This document shows positions 8,026 to 17,053 of a stretch of DNA of 64,000 nucleotides, one piece after another (the first letter of the stretch is position 1; every line of letters starts with the position of its first letter). The notes under the pieces were generated by a model, which searched no databases, was not told where the DNA came from, and saw only the letters and a program-made list of their open reading frames with translations. Location: NCBI GenBank assembly GCA_052390235.1, contig JBQTHB010000006.1, forward strand, positions 160,001-224,000, read 5' to 3'. A program made the position numbers and the translations under genes. The DNA is from Deltaproteobacteria bacterium (GTDB lineage Bacteria; Desulfobacterota_D; UBA1144; Nemesobacterales; CSP1-2).

Positions 8026-10179
8026 CTATTTCCAGCCCCACTCAATACCCGCATAGAACGAGCGTCCGTTGCCGGGGGAGATGAAACTCCCCGAAGCGTC
8101 ATCAACCACTACGGACGCGATATAGTCTCTATCTAAAATATTTGAAACCTCGAAAAATGCGCCCAGATTCCAAGGCTCGTACCTGTAGCCAAATTCAAGA
8201 TTTATCAGCGTGTAGTCGTCGGTCTTCTCCGTGTTTTCGCTGTCAACGAAATACCCCTTCGGCGTGCTTTCGAGATTTGGGGCTATCCAAAAACCGATGG
8301 GGTTATCGTAGCGAATCTCCGCCCTGATGAAATGCTCCGGCGCGCCCGGAAGGTCGTTGTCCCCGAAATTATCATCGTTGACAAATACGAATCTCGAATA
8401 GGTGTAGGCGAGGCGCGCGCTGAGCGTGTCGTCTGCTCCCTGCAGGGCGATGCGGCTTAGGATTCCGCAAATGAGATTCACATCCAATCCCGCTTCAACG
8501 CCGCTGTGGCGCGAGCGGTCAATATTTTGAAATCTCGGTATTGTGAACGGCGCGCTCGGAAACGGCTGAACGTTTATGTTTTGAATCTCGTCCCAGAGTT
8601 CTATGTTGTAGAGCGAAATATCCCAAGCAATGCGATTCCAAAGCTCCCCGCGAGCGCCGACCTCGAACTGCGCCGATTTTTGAGCGTTGAGCTCGTCCAA
8701 GCCCCCTCCGATAACGACAGGCGAGGCAAGCTCAAGCAGGAGGGGCGGCTCATATCCCCCGCTGGCGTTGCCGAAAATCTGCGCCGAAGCAGAGTAGTTC
8801 CAGACGAATCCCAGTTTCGGCGTTGCGGAGTAGAAATCTGTTGAGGCGGAGTCGTTCGGGTCAGAGTCGGTATCGGAGAGAAAATCATCGGAGACCGAGC
8901 GGTGGGCGTACTGGAAACGGCTTCCCGCAACGATGCTCAAATCGTTCGTAATATTAAAGCTGTCCTCTGCGTAGAGGGCGAGGTTCAGGGCTTTGTTGTT
9001 TTGGTCCCTGCTTAGGTCGCCGCGGTCGCCGCCTCCGAGAGCCACAAAACGCACGTCCTCTTGGTCGGTGTAGGCGGCTTGAATGCCAGCGGTTAGCAAA
9101 TTGCCTCGGCCAAATACGGGCGCGCTGAGGAGATAGCGAATCTCGCCGCTTAGATTTTGCGTGTCCCCAGTGAGGACGGCGAAAGAGAGGGGGTGGTCTA
9201 GGTCGAGAAAATTGAACTGAGCGTTGAACTCAAGAGCCTGCTCAGAGGAAATCGGGGCGCGCACTGTAAATGCCCCTCGGTAATAATCGTAATCATGCCG
9301 CTCGTCAAATTCTAGGCTTTCGGGGGCGGCCTGCCGGGGGTCGGCTTCAAACTGCTCCCGCGTGAGAGAGCCGGGGAGGGTTTCATCATTTTTCACGTAT
9401 CCGAGGTCGAGCCGAAGGGTCGCGCCTCCGTCAAAGGCGTAGCCGAAGCTAGAGAAAATGCGGCGGCGAGTCTGTTCGGCGTGGTCGCGGAAGTTATCAA
9501 GCTCCGTGTCGCTCCCTCCGGCATACAAATCAAAAGGGCCGTAATTCTGCCCGGTGGCGACATAGCCCTTAAAAAAACCATAAGAGCCTGCCTGCCCCCT
9601 GAGTTCAAGCAAATCGGCATCGTAGCCAGTTTTTGTTACCAAATTTATCGCCCCGCCTAAAGTATTTGCTCCGAGACGGAGGGCATTTGCGCCTTTATAA
9701 ACCTCGATTCTCTTTGCCGATAGAAGCTCCAAAAGCCCAAACTGTCCGAACCCATCGGCGTTGTTAACGGCGAATCCGTCAATCAGGATATTCACCCCGC
9801 GAAGGTGAAAGTTGTTGCGAAGCCCTGAGCCGCGAATGGAGATTTGGCTCTCCTCCGAGTCGTACCGAGGGCGAATGAGAACGCCGGGGATAAAATCGAG
9901 GACGTCTTTGTCCGTATAGGCGCGGGACTCGGAAATTTCATCAGAGCCGACAACACCGACTCCGCCGGGGGTGCGATATATCTGCTCCCGTGCCTGCTCC
10001 TCGCTGAGATTTCGCTCAGGGGTTTGCACGCTGGACACGGCTGAGTCCTCGACGACTACGGGGGGAAGTTCAGGGGCGGTTTTTTTATCGTCTAATTCGC
10101 TTTGGGCTAAGTCCCTCTCCTCGGCGAATGCGGATTGAATTGAAAATGCGAGAAATAGAATAAAAATCCATCTGTACAT
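8026..10179 (-). CDS. TonB-dependent outer-membrane receptor (candidate copper/metal importer)
   Basis: Signal peptide; plug motifs ISIRGSG, ILIDG, RIEVYKGA; barrel end NILDRDY...GRSFYAGIEWGWK. Confidence 0.93.
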   Translation of the reverse strand: MYRWIFILFLAFSIQSAFAEERDLAQSELDDKKTAPELPPVVVEDSAVSSVQTPERNLSEEQAREQIYRTPGGVGVVGSDEISESRAYTDKDVLDFIPGVLIRPRYDSEESQISIRGSGLRNNFHLRGVNILIDGFAVNNADGFGQFGLLELLSAKRIEVYKGANALRLGANTLGGAINLVTKTGYDADLLELRGQAGSYGFFKGYVATGQNYGPFDLYAGGSDTELDNFRDHAEQTRRRIFSSFGYAFDGGATLRLDLGYVKNDETLPGSLTREQFEADPRQAAPESLEFDERHDYDYYRGAFTVRAPISSEQALEFNAQFNFLDLDHPLSFAVLTGDTQNLSGEIRYLLSAPVFGRGNLLTAGIQAAYTDQEDVRFVALGGGDRGDLSRDQNNKALNLALYAEDSFNITNDLSIVAGSRFQYAHRSVSDDFLSDTDSDPNDSASTDFYSATPKLGFVWNYSASAQIFGNASGGYEPPLLLELASPVVIGGGLDELNAQKSAQFEVGARGELWNRIAWDISLYNIELWDEIQNINVQPFPSAPFTIPRFQNIDRSRHSGVEAGLDVNLICGILSRIALQGADDTLSARLAYTYSRFVFVNDDNFGDNDLPGAPEHFIRAEIRYDNPIGFWIAPNLESTPKGYFVDSENTEKTDDYTLINLEFGYRYEPWNLGAFFEVSNILDRDYIASVVVDDASGSFISPGNGRSFYAGIEWGWK

Positions 10180-10215
10180 TCGGGTTCTCCTCCCTCAAGG
10201 GAAAATTAAGTACCA

Positions 10216-10273
10216 GGCTATCCGCGCCGGATGGAGAGAGCGAGAAACCCAATCTCCATCGGGGCAAATAGCC
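10216..10273 (-). promoter_or_regulatory. Nested hairpin in the spacer between the leader ORF and the TBDR
   Basis: GGCTAT/ATAGCC outer pair and GATGGAGA/TCTCCATC inner pair. Confidence 0.55.
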
Positions 10274-10317
10274 AAATCCTGCGGGGTAATTTGTGTTGGC
10301 AATGCGTCTGCGCAACT

Positions 10318-10731
10318 TCAGCAGACGGCCGGAGGAGAGCGAACCGAGAGGTTTTCAATAAAATACTGCGACTTGAAATCCGCTTTAACGGGCGATAGAT
10401 AAGAGATAAAACCGCTTCGAGGAGCGGCGTCGGGAAGCCTGAGGAGGGCAAATAGAACTCTCTGCGTGGAGGCGGTATAACAGCAGCAACAAGAAAAGCA
10501 CTTTTTATGCCCGCCTTGGTGATGCCCCCCATCTTCGGATTTATGCGATTCCTGCCCGGACTCCGGTGCCGCGCCGTGAGCCGAATGCTCAGAACAGGAC
10601 GAGCCGCTCGATACGGCGCTATCAGCCTCGGCATTCGGGAGTCCAAACCGAACGGACGCCCCCTGAGATGCCGCTGAGAACACCAGGGCGAGCAGTAGGG
10701 CTAGTATCCGAGACCGTGAATTTATCCGCAT
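10318..10731 (-). CDS. CruR/CutF-like (DUF2946-type) secreted leader ORF with His/Cys cluster and C-terminal RSPP arrest-like motif
   Basis: N-terminal signal/TM segment; CSEHSAH...GGHHQGGHKKCFSCCCC; ends SVRSPPAVC; lies directly upstream of a TBDR. Confidence 0.75.
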   Translation of the reverse strand: MRINSRSRILALLLALVFSAASQGASVRFGLPNAEADSAVSSGSSCSEHSAHGAAPESGQESHKSEDGGHHQGGHKKCFSCCCCYTASTQRVLFALLRLPDAAPRSGFISYLSPVKADFKSQYFIENLSVRSPPAVC

Positions 10732-10876
10732 GGGCTACACCGGTAATACGCCAAGGGTCGAAGCGTTAGATTAATTTCGGGTTATTATAGATGAGAATCA
10801 GAGTGTAAGAAAGGGGCAGAGGGGGCGATTAGGATGCGCGCCGATGTATATGCCCAAGAGCCTGCGCGAGGGGGGG

Positions 10877-11572
10877 TCATCCGTCGCTGAGTTGAAAGCG
10901 AATCGGCACGGTAACCCAGCTTGAAATCACCGCCCCGTTCCTCTTTCCGGGGATGAAAACCCAATCCCTTACGGCATCAAGGGCGGATTTATCGAGAACC
11001 CTGTAGCCAGAGGACTTCTCTAGCTGAACCCTGCCCACGGAGCCGCTATCAAGCACAAACACCCTAAGCACGACTACGCCCTGATACCCGTTTCGGCGGG
11101 CGAGCATCGGGTATTCGGGTTTTGGATTGAGTCCGTAGTCGGGAAAGCCTGACTCGGTCGGCGCGCCGCCTCCATCCCCTTTATCGCCGCTTATTGACTC
11201 GGCATTGCCCGAGGACGTCTCGGTGGGCTGGGGTTCGGCGGTGTCGGCTTCGCTTTCGGCAATAGTGAAGGTCTGCTCAGATGGGACGTCAGCCGGGGCG
11301 GGGCGGCTTATGATTCGGCGGCTCTGCTTCTTTTCTTTTTTGACGACTTTTTTCTTCTCGACTTTTTTCTCAACCGGCTTCACAGGGGGAGGAGACTCGG
11401 CGATTTTGGGCATTCCCCCTCCGGGCACTCTGTCTATAATGCCGACTTTTATCGGCTTGGCTTCGACTATCGGCGCCTCTGGTTCAAACAAAACCCCCGA
11501 TACGGCGGCAAACATCCCAGTATGCAGCATCATAGATAGTAGAAAAAACGTCTTTAGGTTAAATCGCGGCAT
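10877..11572 (-). CDS. tonB: Energy transducer TonB
   Basis: SxxxH TM anchor (SMMLH), Pro/Lys-rich linker, PEYPMLARRNGYQGVV C-terminal domain. Confidence 0.93.
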   Translation of the reverse strand: MPRFNLKTFFLLSMMLHTGMFAAVSGVLFEPEAPIVEAKPIKVGIIDRVPGGGMPKIAESPPPVKPVEKKVEKKKVVKKEKKQSRRIISRPAPADVPSEQTFTIAESEADTAEPQPTETSSGNAESISGDKGDGGGAPTESGFPDYGLNPKPEYPMLARRNGYQGVVVLRVFVLDSGSVGRVQLEKSSGYRVLDKSALDAVRDWVFIPGKRNGAVISSWVTVPIRFQLSDG

Positions 11573-11581
11573 ATCAATATC

Positions 11582-12022
11582 TCATGGCTTGGGCAAAGTC
11601 TCATCGGTGTCATCAGACCTCTCGGCGGCTATAGCCACCTCTTCGGCTCCTGCCTCCTTGGCGGTCTGAAAAATCTCCACAGCGTCGCCGAGGAAAGCGT
11701 CCTTGTCGCCTTCGAGAATCACCACTTTCTGCGCGCTGGACTGAAGGGCTTCTGTAAGCTCATCTCTGAGGGACTCTCGAGCGGTTAAAACGCCGTTAAC
11801 GTAAAACTCACCGTCTGTCGTGAGCGTTACGACGACGTTTCTCGACACAGACTCCGTTTTTGAGACCTCCGGCAGGTTTAATTTCGCCCCTGACTCAATC
11901 AGCGCAGAGCTGGTTATCATGAATATTATGAGCAGAACGAGAAATATATCCGTAAGCGGGGTGATGTTGATTTCGGCAACTATCTCGTCGTCGGAATTCT
12001 CGTCAAACTTTTCCAGAGCCAT
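11582..12022 (-). CDS. exbD: ExbD/TolR family protein
   Basis: EINITPLTDIFLVLLIIFMI. Confidence 0.93.
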   Translation of the reverse strand: MALEKFDENSDDEIVAEINITPLTDIFLVLLIIFMITSSALIESGAKLNLPEVSKTESVSRNVVVTLTTDGEFYVNGVLTARESLRDELTEALQSSAQKVVILEGDKDAFLGDAVEIFQTAKEAGAEEVAIAAERSDDTDETLPKP

Positions 12023-12656
12023 TCGCCCGCCTCCCCTCTCTAAAGGCTTCCATGAGCTTTGCCGAATTGATTTTGATGGCCGTGTTAATGTCCCCGACGC
12101 GCACCTGAAGGCAGTTGTAGGCGATGAGGGCGATGATTGCCACGAGTAGTCCCAGAGCCGTGGCTACTAGGGCTTCGGAGATTCCGGCGGCGACAACTGA
12201 GAACCCCCCAGTGCCGGCTTGAGCCATGCTGTTAAAGGATTTTATTATTCCGATTACCGTTCCGAAAAGACCGATAAAAGGGGCGCTGCTTCCAATTGTG
12301 CCTAGAATCCAGATATTGCGCTTGAGGTTCTGAAGCTCTTCAAATCTGCGCTCTTCGACTCCAACGGATATTTCGTCAATAGTCTTACCTTGTTGCTTCT
12401 GAATAGATGAATGAAATATTTTGGCCAGAGGATTCTTCAAATTTTCCTTGCAAATCGAGGCGGCGGAGGGAAAATCCCCCTTAGCCATTGTGGGCAGAAT
12501 GCGCTCAGCGAGATTTCCCATCGAGGAAGCTCCCCCCCTGAGTGCAAATAATCTCTCCATGATAACTCCAACCATCAGCGCCGAGCCGAAAATGAGCGGA
12601 TACGTCGCAAGCCACCCCTGGCGTATCAGGTCCATGTAATTTAACCCTTCCATCAT
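12003..12656 (-). CDS. exbB: ExbB/MotA/TolQ proton channel
   Basis: LGTIGSSAPFIGLFGTVIGII, GISEALVATALGL; start moved to ATG 12656 behind a CAGGAG SD. Confidence 0.92.
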   Translation of the reverse strand: MMEGLNYMDLIRQGWLATYPLIFGSALMVGVIMERLFALRGGASSMGNLAERILPTMAKGDFPSAASICKENLKNPLAKIFHSSIQKQQGKTIDEISVGVEERRFEELQNLKRNIWILGTIGSSAPFIGLFGTVIGIIKSFNSMAQAGTGGFSVVAAGISEALVATALGLLVAIIALIAYNCLQVRVGDINTAIKINSAKLMEAFREGRRANGSGKV

Positions 12657-12756
12657 AAATCGCTCCTGAGAATCTATTAGATTAAAATTTAGATTGCCAA
12701 AGCCGAGGTTGTCAAGTTTGCTTCCGAGACTGCTGAGATGGCGGCGACTCTCTATA

Positions 12757-12777
12757 TTTTGAGAATGATTTTCAAAA
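12757..12777 (-). promoter_or_regulatory. Fur-type operator upstream of exbB-exbD-tonB
   Basis: Near-perfect 21-bp palindrome TTTTGAGAATGATTTTCAAAA immediately downstream of the -10 element. Confidence 0.8.
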
Positions 12778-12779
12778 CT

Positions 12780-12807
12780 AGTGTACTTGAGAAACACCCC
12801 GTGTCAA
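12780..12807 (-). promoter_or_regulatory. Sigma70 promoter for exbB-exbD-tonB
   Basis: TTGACA-N16-TACACT on the minus strand. Confidence 0.6.
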
Positions 12808-12893
12808 GAATAGAAGAGAAATTGGACAATCCGAGGCTCTGATAATCCCCTTGCGCTATATAATTACGAAAGGATGATGTACTTCGGTTACGC

Positions 12894-14999
12894 TTAGAGC
12901 CGTTTTGAGAAATAGTAAGTGATGCCGACTCTGAGGGAAAACGGATTTCCGGGAGTAAAGTGAATATCCTCGGCGGAGGCGGCTTCGCCCTGAAGCTGGG
13001 ATTCAAAGAAATTCTGCGCGTCCCGGTAGTCCGTATCCAAGAGATTTTCAATCACCCCGAAAGCCTCGATGTTTTTATATCTGTACTTGAGCGTCAGGTC
13101 AACCCTCGTAAACCCGTCGGCGTCAACCTCGCCCGTCTCCTCGGCAGGCCTATCGGCGATGTAGAGAACCTCAAGCGCCCCTTGAAGCCCGAATGGAGTT
13201 CTCACGGCGACGCCGCTCCTCGATACCACTTTAGGCGCGAGCGGTATCTGGTCGTCTTCCAAATCGGTGAACTTGGCGTCTGTAATATTTAAATCCGCAT
13301 GGAGAAATAGCCAGTCCGTAACGCTGAATCTCGCCTCAAACTCCCCGCCCAATCGCCTCGTGGGGCTTCCAATAAATTCAAACGTGCCGCCGTCGCCGAT
13401 AAAAACAAGCTCGTCTTCGAGGCGAAGATACCAAAACGCCGCCGCAAGGTCGAGACGATTATCGAGCAGCCTCGTGCGCGAGCCGATTTCAAATCCCACG
13501 GACCTAGGCAGGGTCGTAGCCGAGGGGTCAGAGACTACGGCGCGCGCGTCGTTGCTGTGGAATCCCGTGCCGAAGTTAAAGAATACGTCAGTATTCTCTA
13601 GCGGCGAGAGTATTAAATTTGCCTTAAAGCTCGCAATTGAGTCCGACTCCTCCCCTTCTATTGGGACGAGCGGGGCGGCGCTGTCGTCGTTATCCACATC
13701 GAAGCGGAAGAAATCCCCCCGCGCTCCCAGCACAACCCTTGCCCAGCCCGTGGGATTGAGTTCGAGCTGCGCAAATGGGGACACGGACGCCTCGAAAATA
13801 TCTGCGTCGTTGACGGCGGCGGTCTGATCGCGCCTGGTCTGATTGCCAAGCACGAGGTCGTTGTGGTCGGCTTGCGCCTGCACCCCTGCGGTGATAACGT
13901 GTTCCCGCCCAAAGAGGGCGAATAACCGTGCGTAACGTGTGTCCGTGCCGTAGAGATAGCGGTTGTCTCTCTGCACAATGCCGTCGCCATTTACGGGGTC
14001 GGCGAGGAAAAAGGTGAAATTACTGAAGAGATCGAGTTTATAGCGAGAGAAATAGACCGTAGAGGTCAACTGGCTTCTGTCGTCCGGCGCGAGCGAGTAC
14101 TGAAGATGGGCGTTATATCTTTGAGTCTCGCCTCCTTCGGTGGGGTCAATAGCGCCGAATATATCTATACTGCCGGATTCAACCGCTCTGAGCGGGACCT
14201 GCCCCGATGCGTCCCAGTCGCCGTAATAGCCGGAAATCCAGAACTGTAGCTCTGAGGCATCGGACAAGCTCCAGGAGAGTTTCCCGAACCCGTTTATGCG
14301 CAGGAAATTATTTTCATTGATAAATGGCCCTTCATCGTGAATTATCTCGAATGCCGTGAGGGTTTTCACATCGTCCGACACAATGGGCGACAGGAGCGTA
14401 AGCCCTCTTGCCACTGGGCGAAACCTGTCAACGGCATAGAAGCCTGAGCCTGCCTGAACGAAATTTTCATCCACGAAATCTTTTGTGATGAGTCTCACCG
14501 CGCCGGCGTTTGAAAAATCCCCGAATTCAGTGAAGTAGTTTCCCTTGTAAATCTCCACGGTCTCTATGGTCTCCGGGATGACGAAATGCAGGTCGGCGTA
14601 GCCTTGACCGTGCGCATGGCTTCGGAGATTCACCGGAAGCTGGTCTATAAATAGCCCGACATCAGTCCCGTGGTCGGCGTTGAACCCGCGCAGGAGGAAT
14701 TGGTCGGCTTTCCCCCCGCCCTGGTGCTGAAGCGTGATAAGCCCCGGCACGACGCGGAGCAGGTCGCTGGGCTTGTTCTTGGGCAGAAGCTCGAAATCGC
14801 GCTCTCGAACCTCTCTGGAAGAGGCGGCGGTTACGGGTTTTTTCTCTATAACTAGAACCTCCCCAAGCTCGGCTGAGGGGGGAGTCTGCTGAGACAGCTC
14901 GCTGTCAGCCGGAGCATCTTCGGCGCGAGTATCTGCAGAGAGGGATACGGTCAGAGTAAAACATAGGCAGAGCGTTAATCTCAGAAATTTGACGTCCAT
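12894..14999 (-). CDS. TonB-dependent receptor with His-rich plug (candidate Ni/Co/Zn importer)
   Basis: QHQGGGKADQFLLRGF..DHGTD, NLRSHAHGQGYADLHF, barrel C-terminus ..LRVGITYYF. Confidence 0.92.
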   Translation of the reverse strand: MDVKFLRLTLCLCFTLTVSLSADTRAEDAPADSELSQQTPPSAELGEVLVIEKKPVTAASSREVRERDFELLPKNKPSDLLRVVPGLITLQHQGGGKADQFLLRGFNADHGTDVGLFIDQLPVNLRSHAHGQGYADLHFVIPETIETVEIYKGNYFTEFGDFSNAGAVRLITKDFVDENFVQAGSGFYAVDRFRPVARGLTLLSPIVSDDVKTLTAFEIIHDEGPFINENNFLRINGFGKLSWSLSDASELQFWISGYYGDWDASGQVPLRAVESGSIDIFGAIDPTEGGETQRYNAHLQYSLAPDDRSQLTSTVYFSRYKLDLFSNFTFFLADPVNGDGIVQRDNRYLYGTDTRYARLFALFGREHVITAGVQAQADHNDLVLGNQTRRDQTAAVNDADIFEASVSPFAQLELNPTGWARVVLGARGDFFRFDVDNDDSAAPLVPIEGEESDSIASFKANLILSPLENTDVFFNFGTGFHSNDARAVVSDPSATTLPRSVGFEIGSRTRLLDNRLDLAAAFWYLRLEDELVFIGDGGTFEFIGSPTRRLGGEFEARFSVTDWLFLHADLNITDAKFTDLEDDQIPLAPKVVSRSGVAVRTPFGLQGALEVLYIADRPAEETGEVDADGFTRVDLTLKYRYKNIEAFGVIENLLDTDYRDAQNFFESQLQGEAASAEDIHFTPGNPFSLRVGITYYFSKRL

Positions 15000-15259
15000 A
15001 GTTATATTTTCCTGCCGCCGATTTATTTAATACTGATTATATTTATCATAGTTATTATTCGATTACAATATACTAATTTAATTTTAGTAATATTTATTAT
15101 ATAGAATTGTTGAGACGGTAGCCAGTAGATTGTCTATTTAATGAGTTGACGAGCGGCCCAAGATCCGCGTATCGTGAGCCGCTCGCCCAATAGAGAGAAA
15201 AGGGGGGAAACAAAAATGGCGATTTAAACCTTACAAATGCTGACTACTGATATTCGTAT

Positions 15260-15323
15260 TACATATACACATATTATTTTTAATTATATATGTATTATAA
15301 TCAGAGTCGAAATAATTTGTCAA
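15260..15323 (-). promoter_or_regulatory. Sigma70 promoter with an overlapping inverted repeat (candidate operator) upstream of the second TBDR
   Basis: TTGACA-N18-TATAAT (15323-15294); TACATATA-N19-TATATGTA at 15260-15294. Confidence 0.5.
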
Positions 15324-15344
15324 GAGGTATTTTATGGGACGGAA

Positions 15345-16193
15345 TTATTGCTGCCGCGATTTTCCCACCCTAGCGCCGTTATTCGAGCCAAAACCCTTAT
15401 AGCCCAGCGCGGCGGCGAAGATTAGCGACAGGAGCAACACGATACTCGCGCCGGAGGCAATATCGAGGTAATAGCTCAGATACATACCCACGACGGCTGT
15501 AAGCGAGCCTATCAACGCCGATACAACCAGCAGTTTGCCAAAACTGTCCGTGAGCAAGCGCGCCGTTATTGCCGGGGCGATGATGGACGCCGCAATGAGC
15601 GTAACCCCCAGCACCTGTATCGAGGCAATGATAGAGGCGGCGAGCAAAAACGATAAGAGTATATTTATCCGGCGGGTGTTGACTCCAAAGGCTCTGGCGA
15701 CCTCTTCGTCGAATGTCGTAAAGAGCAGCTGCTTGTAGAATAAAAACACGCATAGAGCCACAACCGCGGCAACGGCGATAATTACCGCTACGTCCTCGCG
15801 AGTTACGCCGAGGATATTGCCGAAGAGAGCCGCCTCGAAATTTGTCGTAAATTTTCCGGCTCGGCTGATGAGAGCGACACCTATGGCAAAGCTCGCCGTG
15901 GTTACGATGCCTATAGCGGCATCAGCCCCGATTTTCTTCTGCCGCGTAACCTCGTTTATGATGAACGCCGCCGCAAATCCCCAAATAGTCGCGCCAATGT
16001 AGAAATTCAGACCCACTACGTAGCTTGCCACAGCCCCTCCGAAAACCGCATGGGATAGCCCGTGTCCGATATAGCTCATCCTGCGAAGCACGACATAGAC
16101 CCCGACGAGTCCGCAGAGCGCCCCTACAAACAGCGCGGCTACTAATCCTCGAACAAAAAATTGATACCCAAGCGGCTCCAATAAATATTCCAT
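15345..16193 (-). CDS. Metal ABC transporter permease (ZnuB/MntB type)
   Basis: VYVVLRRMSYIGHGLSHAVFGG, DAAIGI, LFGNILGV. Confidence 0.92.
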   Translation of the reverse strand: MEYLLEPLGYQFFVRGLVAALFVGALCGLVGVYVVLRRMSYIGHGLSHAVFGGAVASYVVGLNFYIGATIWGFAAAFIINEVTRQKKIGADAAIGIVTTASFAIGVALISRAGKFTTNFEAALFGNILGVTREDVAVIIAVAAVVALCVFLFYKQLLFTTFDEEVARAFGVNTRRINILLSFLLAASIIASIQVLGVTLIAASIIAPAITARLLTDSFGKLLVVSALIGSLTAVVGMYLSYYLDIASGASIVLLLSLIFAAALGYKGFGSNNGARVGKSRQQ

Positions 16194-17011
16194 TAACCCT
16201 CATCATACTCATCGTGAGATTTAGCCGCTAAAGCCCTGTTGACCACCACGCAGACAGAGCCGTGCCTTATCACGGTCATCTCCGAGCCGTAGGTTTCTCT
16301 CAGCACAGCAGGGGTGAAAACCTCGTCTGGATGCCCTGCCGCAACCACGCCCTTGTTGAAGCATATCACGTGTGGCAGATGCGCGGCTATTGCGTTGAGG
16401 TCGTGCGTGGAGATGAGTATAGTGATGCCGGCGGCGTTGATTTCCTCCAGCAGGTGGAGAATATCGTGCTGGGTTTTAAGGTCAATCCCTGAGGTCGGCT
16501 CGTCTAAGAGCAGGATACTTGGGTTGCAGACGAGAGCGCGCGCGAGGAACACCCTCTGGCGCTCCCCGCCGGATAGATTCCTGATTTGCTCCCTCGCGTA
16601 TTCAGAAATCCCAAGCCGCTCCAGGCGCTGCCCGACGGCGATTTTATCACGAGGGCTTGCCCACGGCAAAATCCCCATCTCCCGGTGCCGTCCCATCATG
16701 ACCGCCTGCTCCACTGTAACGGGGAAATCCCAGTCAACGGCTTCAAGTTGAGGCACGTAGCCTATGCCCGGCGGAGCGTTGCCTCGAACGCGCTCTCCAA
16801 ATACCAGCACATCGCCCCCTGTAGGAGCGATAATACCAAGCATGAGTTTGAGCAGAGTGGTTTTACCCGTTCCGTTGGGGCCCACAATCCCGGCGAACTG
16901 CCCATCCCGAATTTTGAGATTGATTCCATCGAGTACAGGTCTGCGCCCGTAGCTAAACGAGACGCCGGATAGCTCAATTACGGGTTTCGTTGATAGGTTC
17001 TGATGTTTCAT
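16193..17011 (-). CDS. Metal ABC transporter ATPase (ZnuC/MntA type)
   Basis: GPNGTGKTT, GYVPQ, LSGGERQRV, LLLDEPT, STHDL. Confidence 0.93.
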   Translation of the reverse strand: MKHQNLSTKPVIELSGVSFSYGRRPVLDGINLKIRDGQFAGIVGPNGTGKTTLLKLMLGIIAPTGGDVLVFGERVRGNAPPGIGYVPQLEAVDWDFPVTVEQAVMMGRHREMGILPWASPRDKIAVGQRLERLGISEYAREQIRNLSGGERQRVFLARALVCNPSILLLDEPTSGIDLKTQHDILHLLEEINAAGITILISTHDLNAIAAHLPHVICFNKGVVAAGHPDEVFTPAVLRETYGSEMTVIRHGSVCVVVNRALAAKSHDEYDEG

Positions 17012-17053
17012 CGTCGGCTCTGAGAGGGCGCGTCCGCAAACGCGGGGTTGAGG

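Noticed and set aside
10218..10646. Alternative 142-aa minus-strand frame overlapping the leader ORF
   Set aside because: No signal peptide or recognisable motif; the 10318-10731 frame has coherent signal, Cys/His and RSPP features
15000..15344. Cobalamin or NiCo riboswitch upstream of the TBDR (also checked upstream of cbiM)
   Set aside because: No B12-box or GGGAA..GCCACTG-type core and no four-way junction visible; only one hairpin. Rfam cmscan would be decisive
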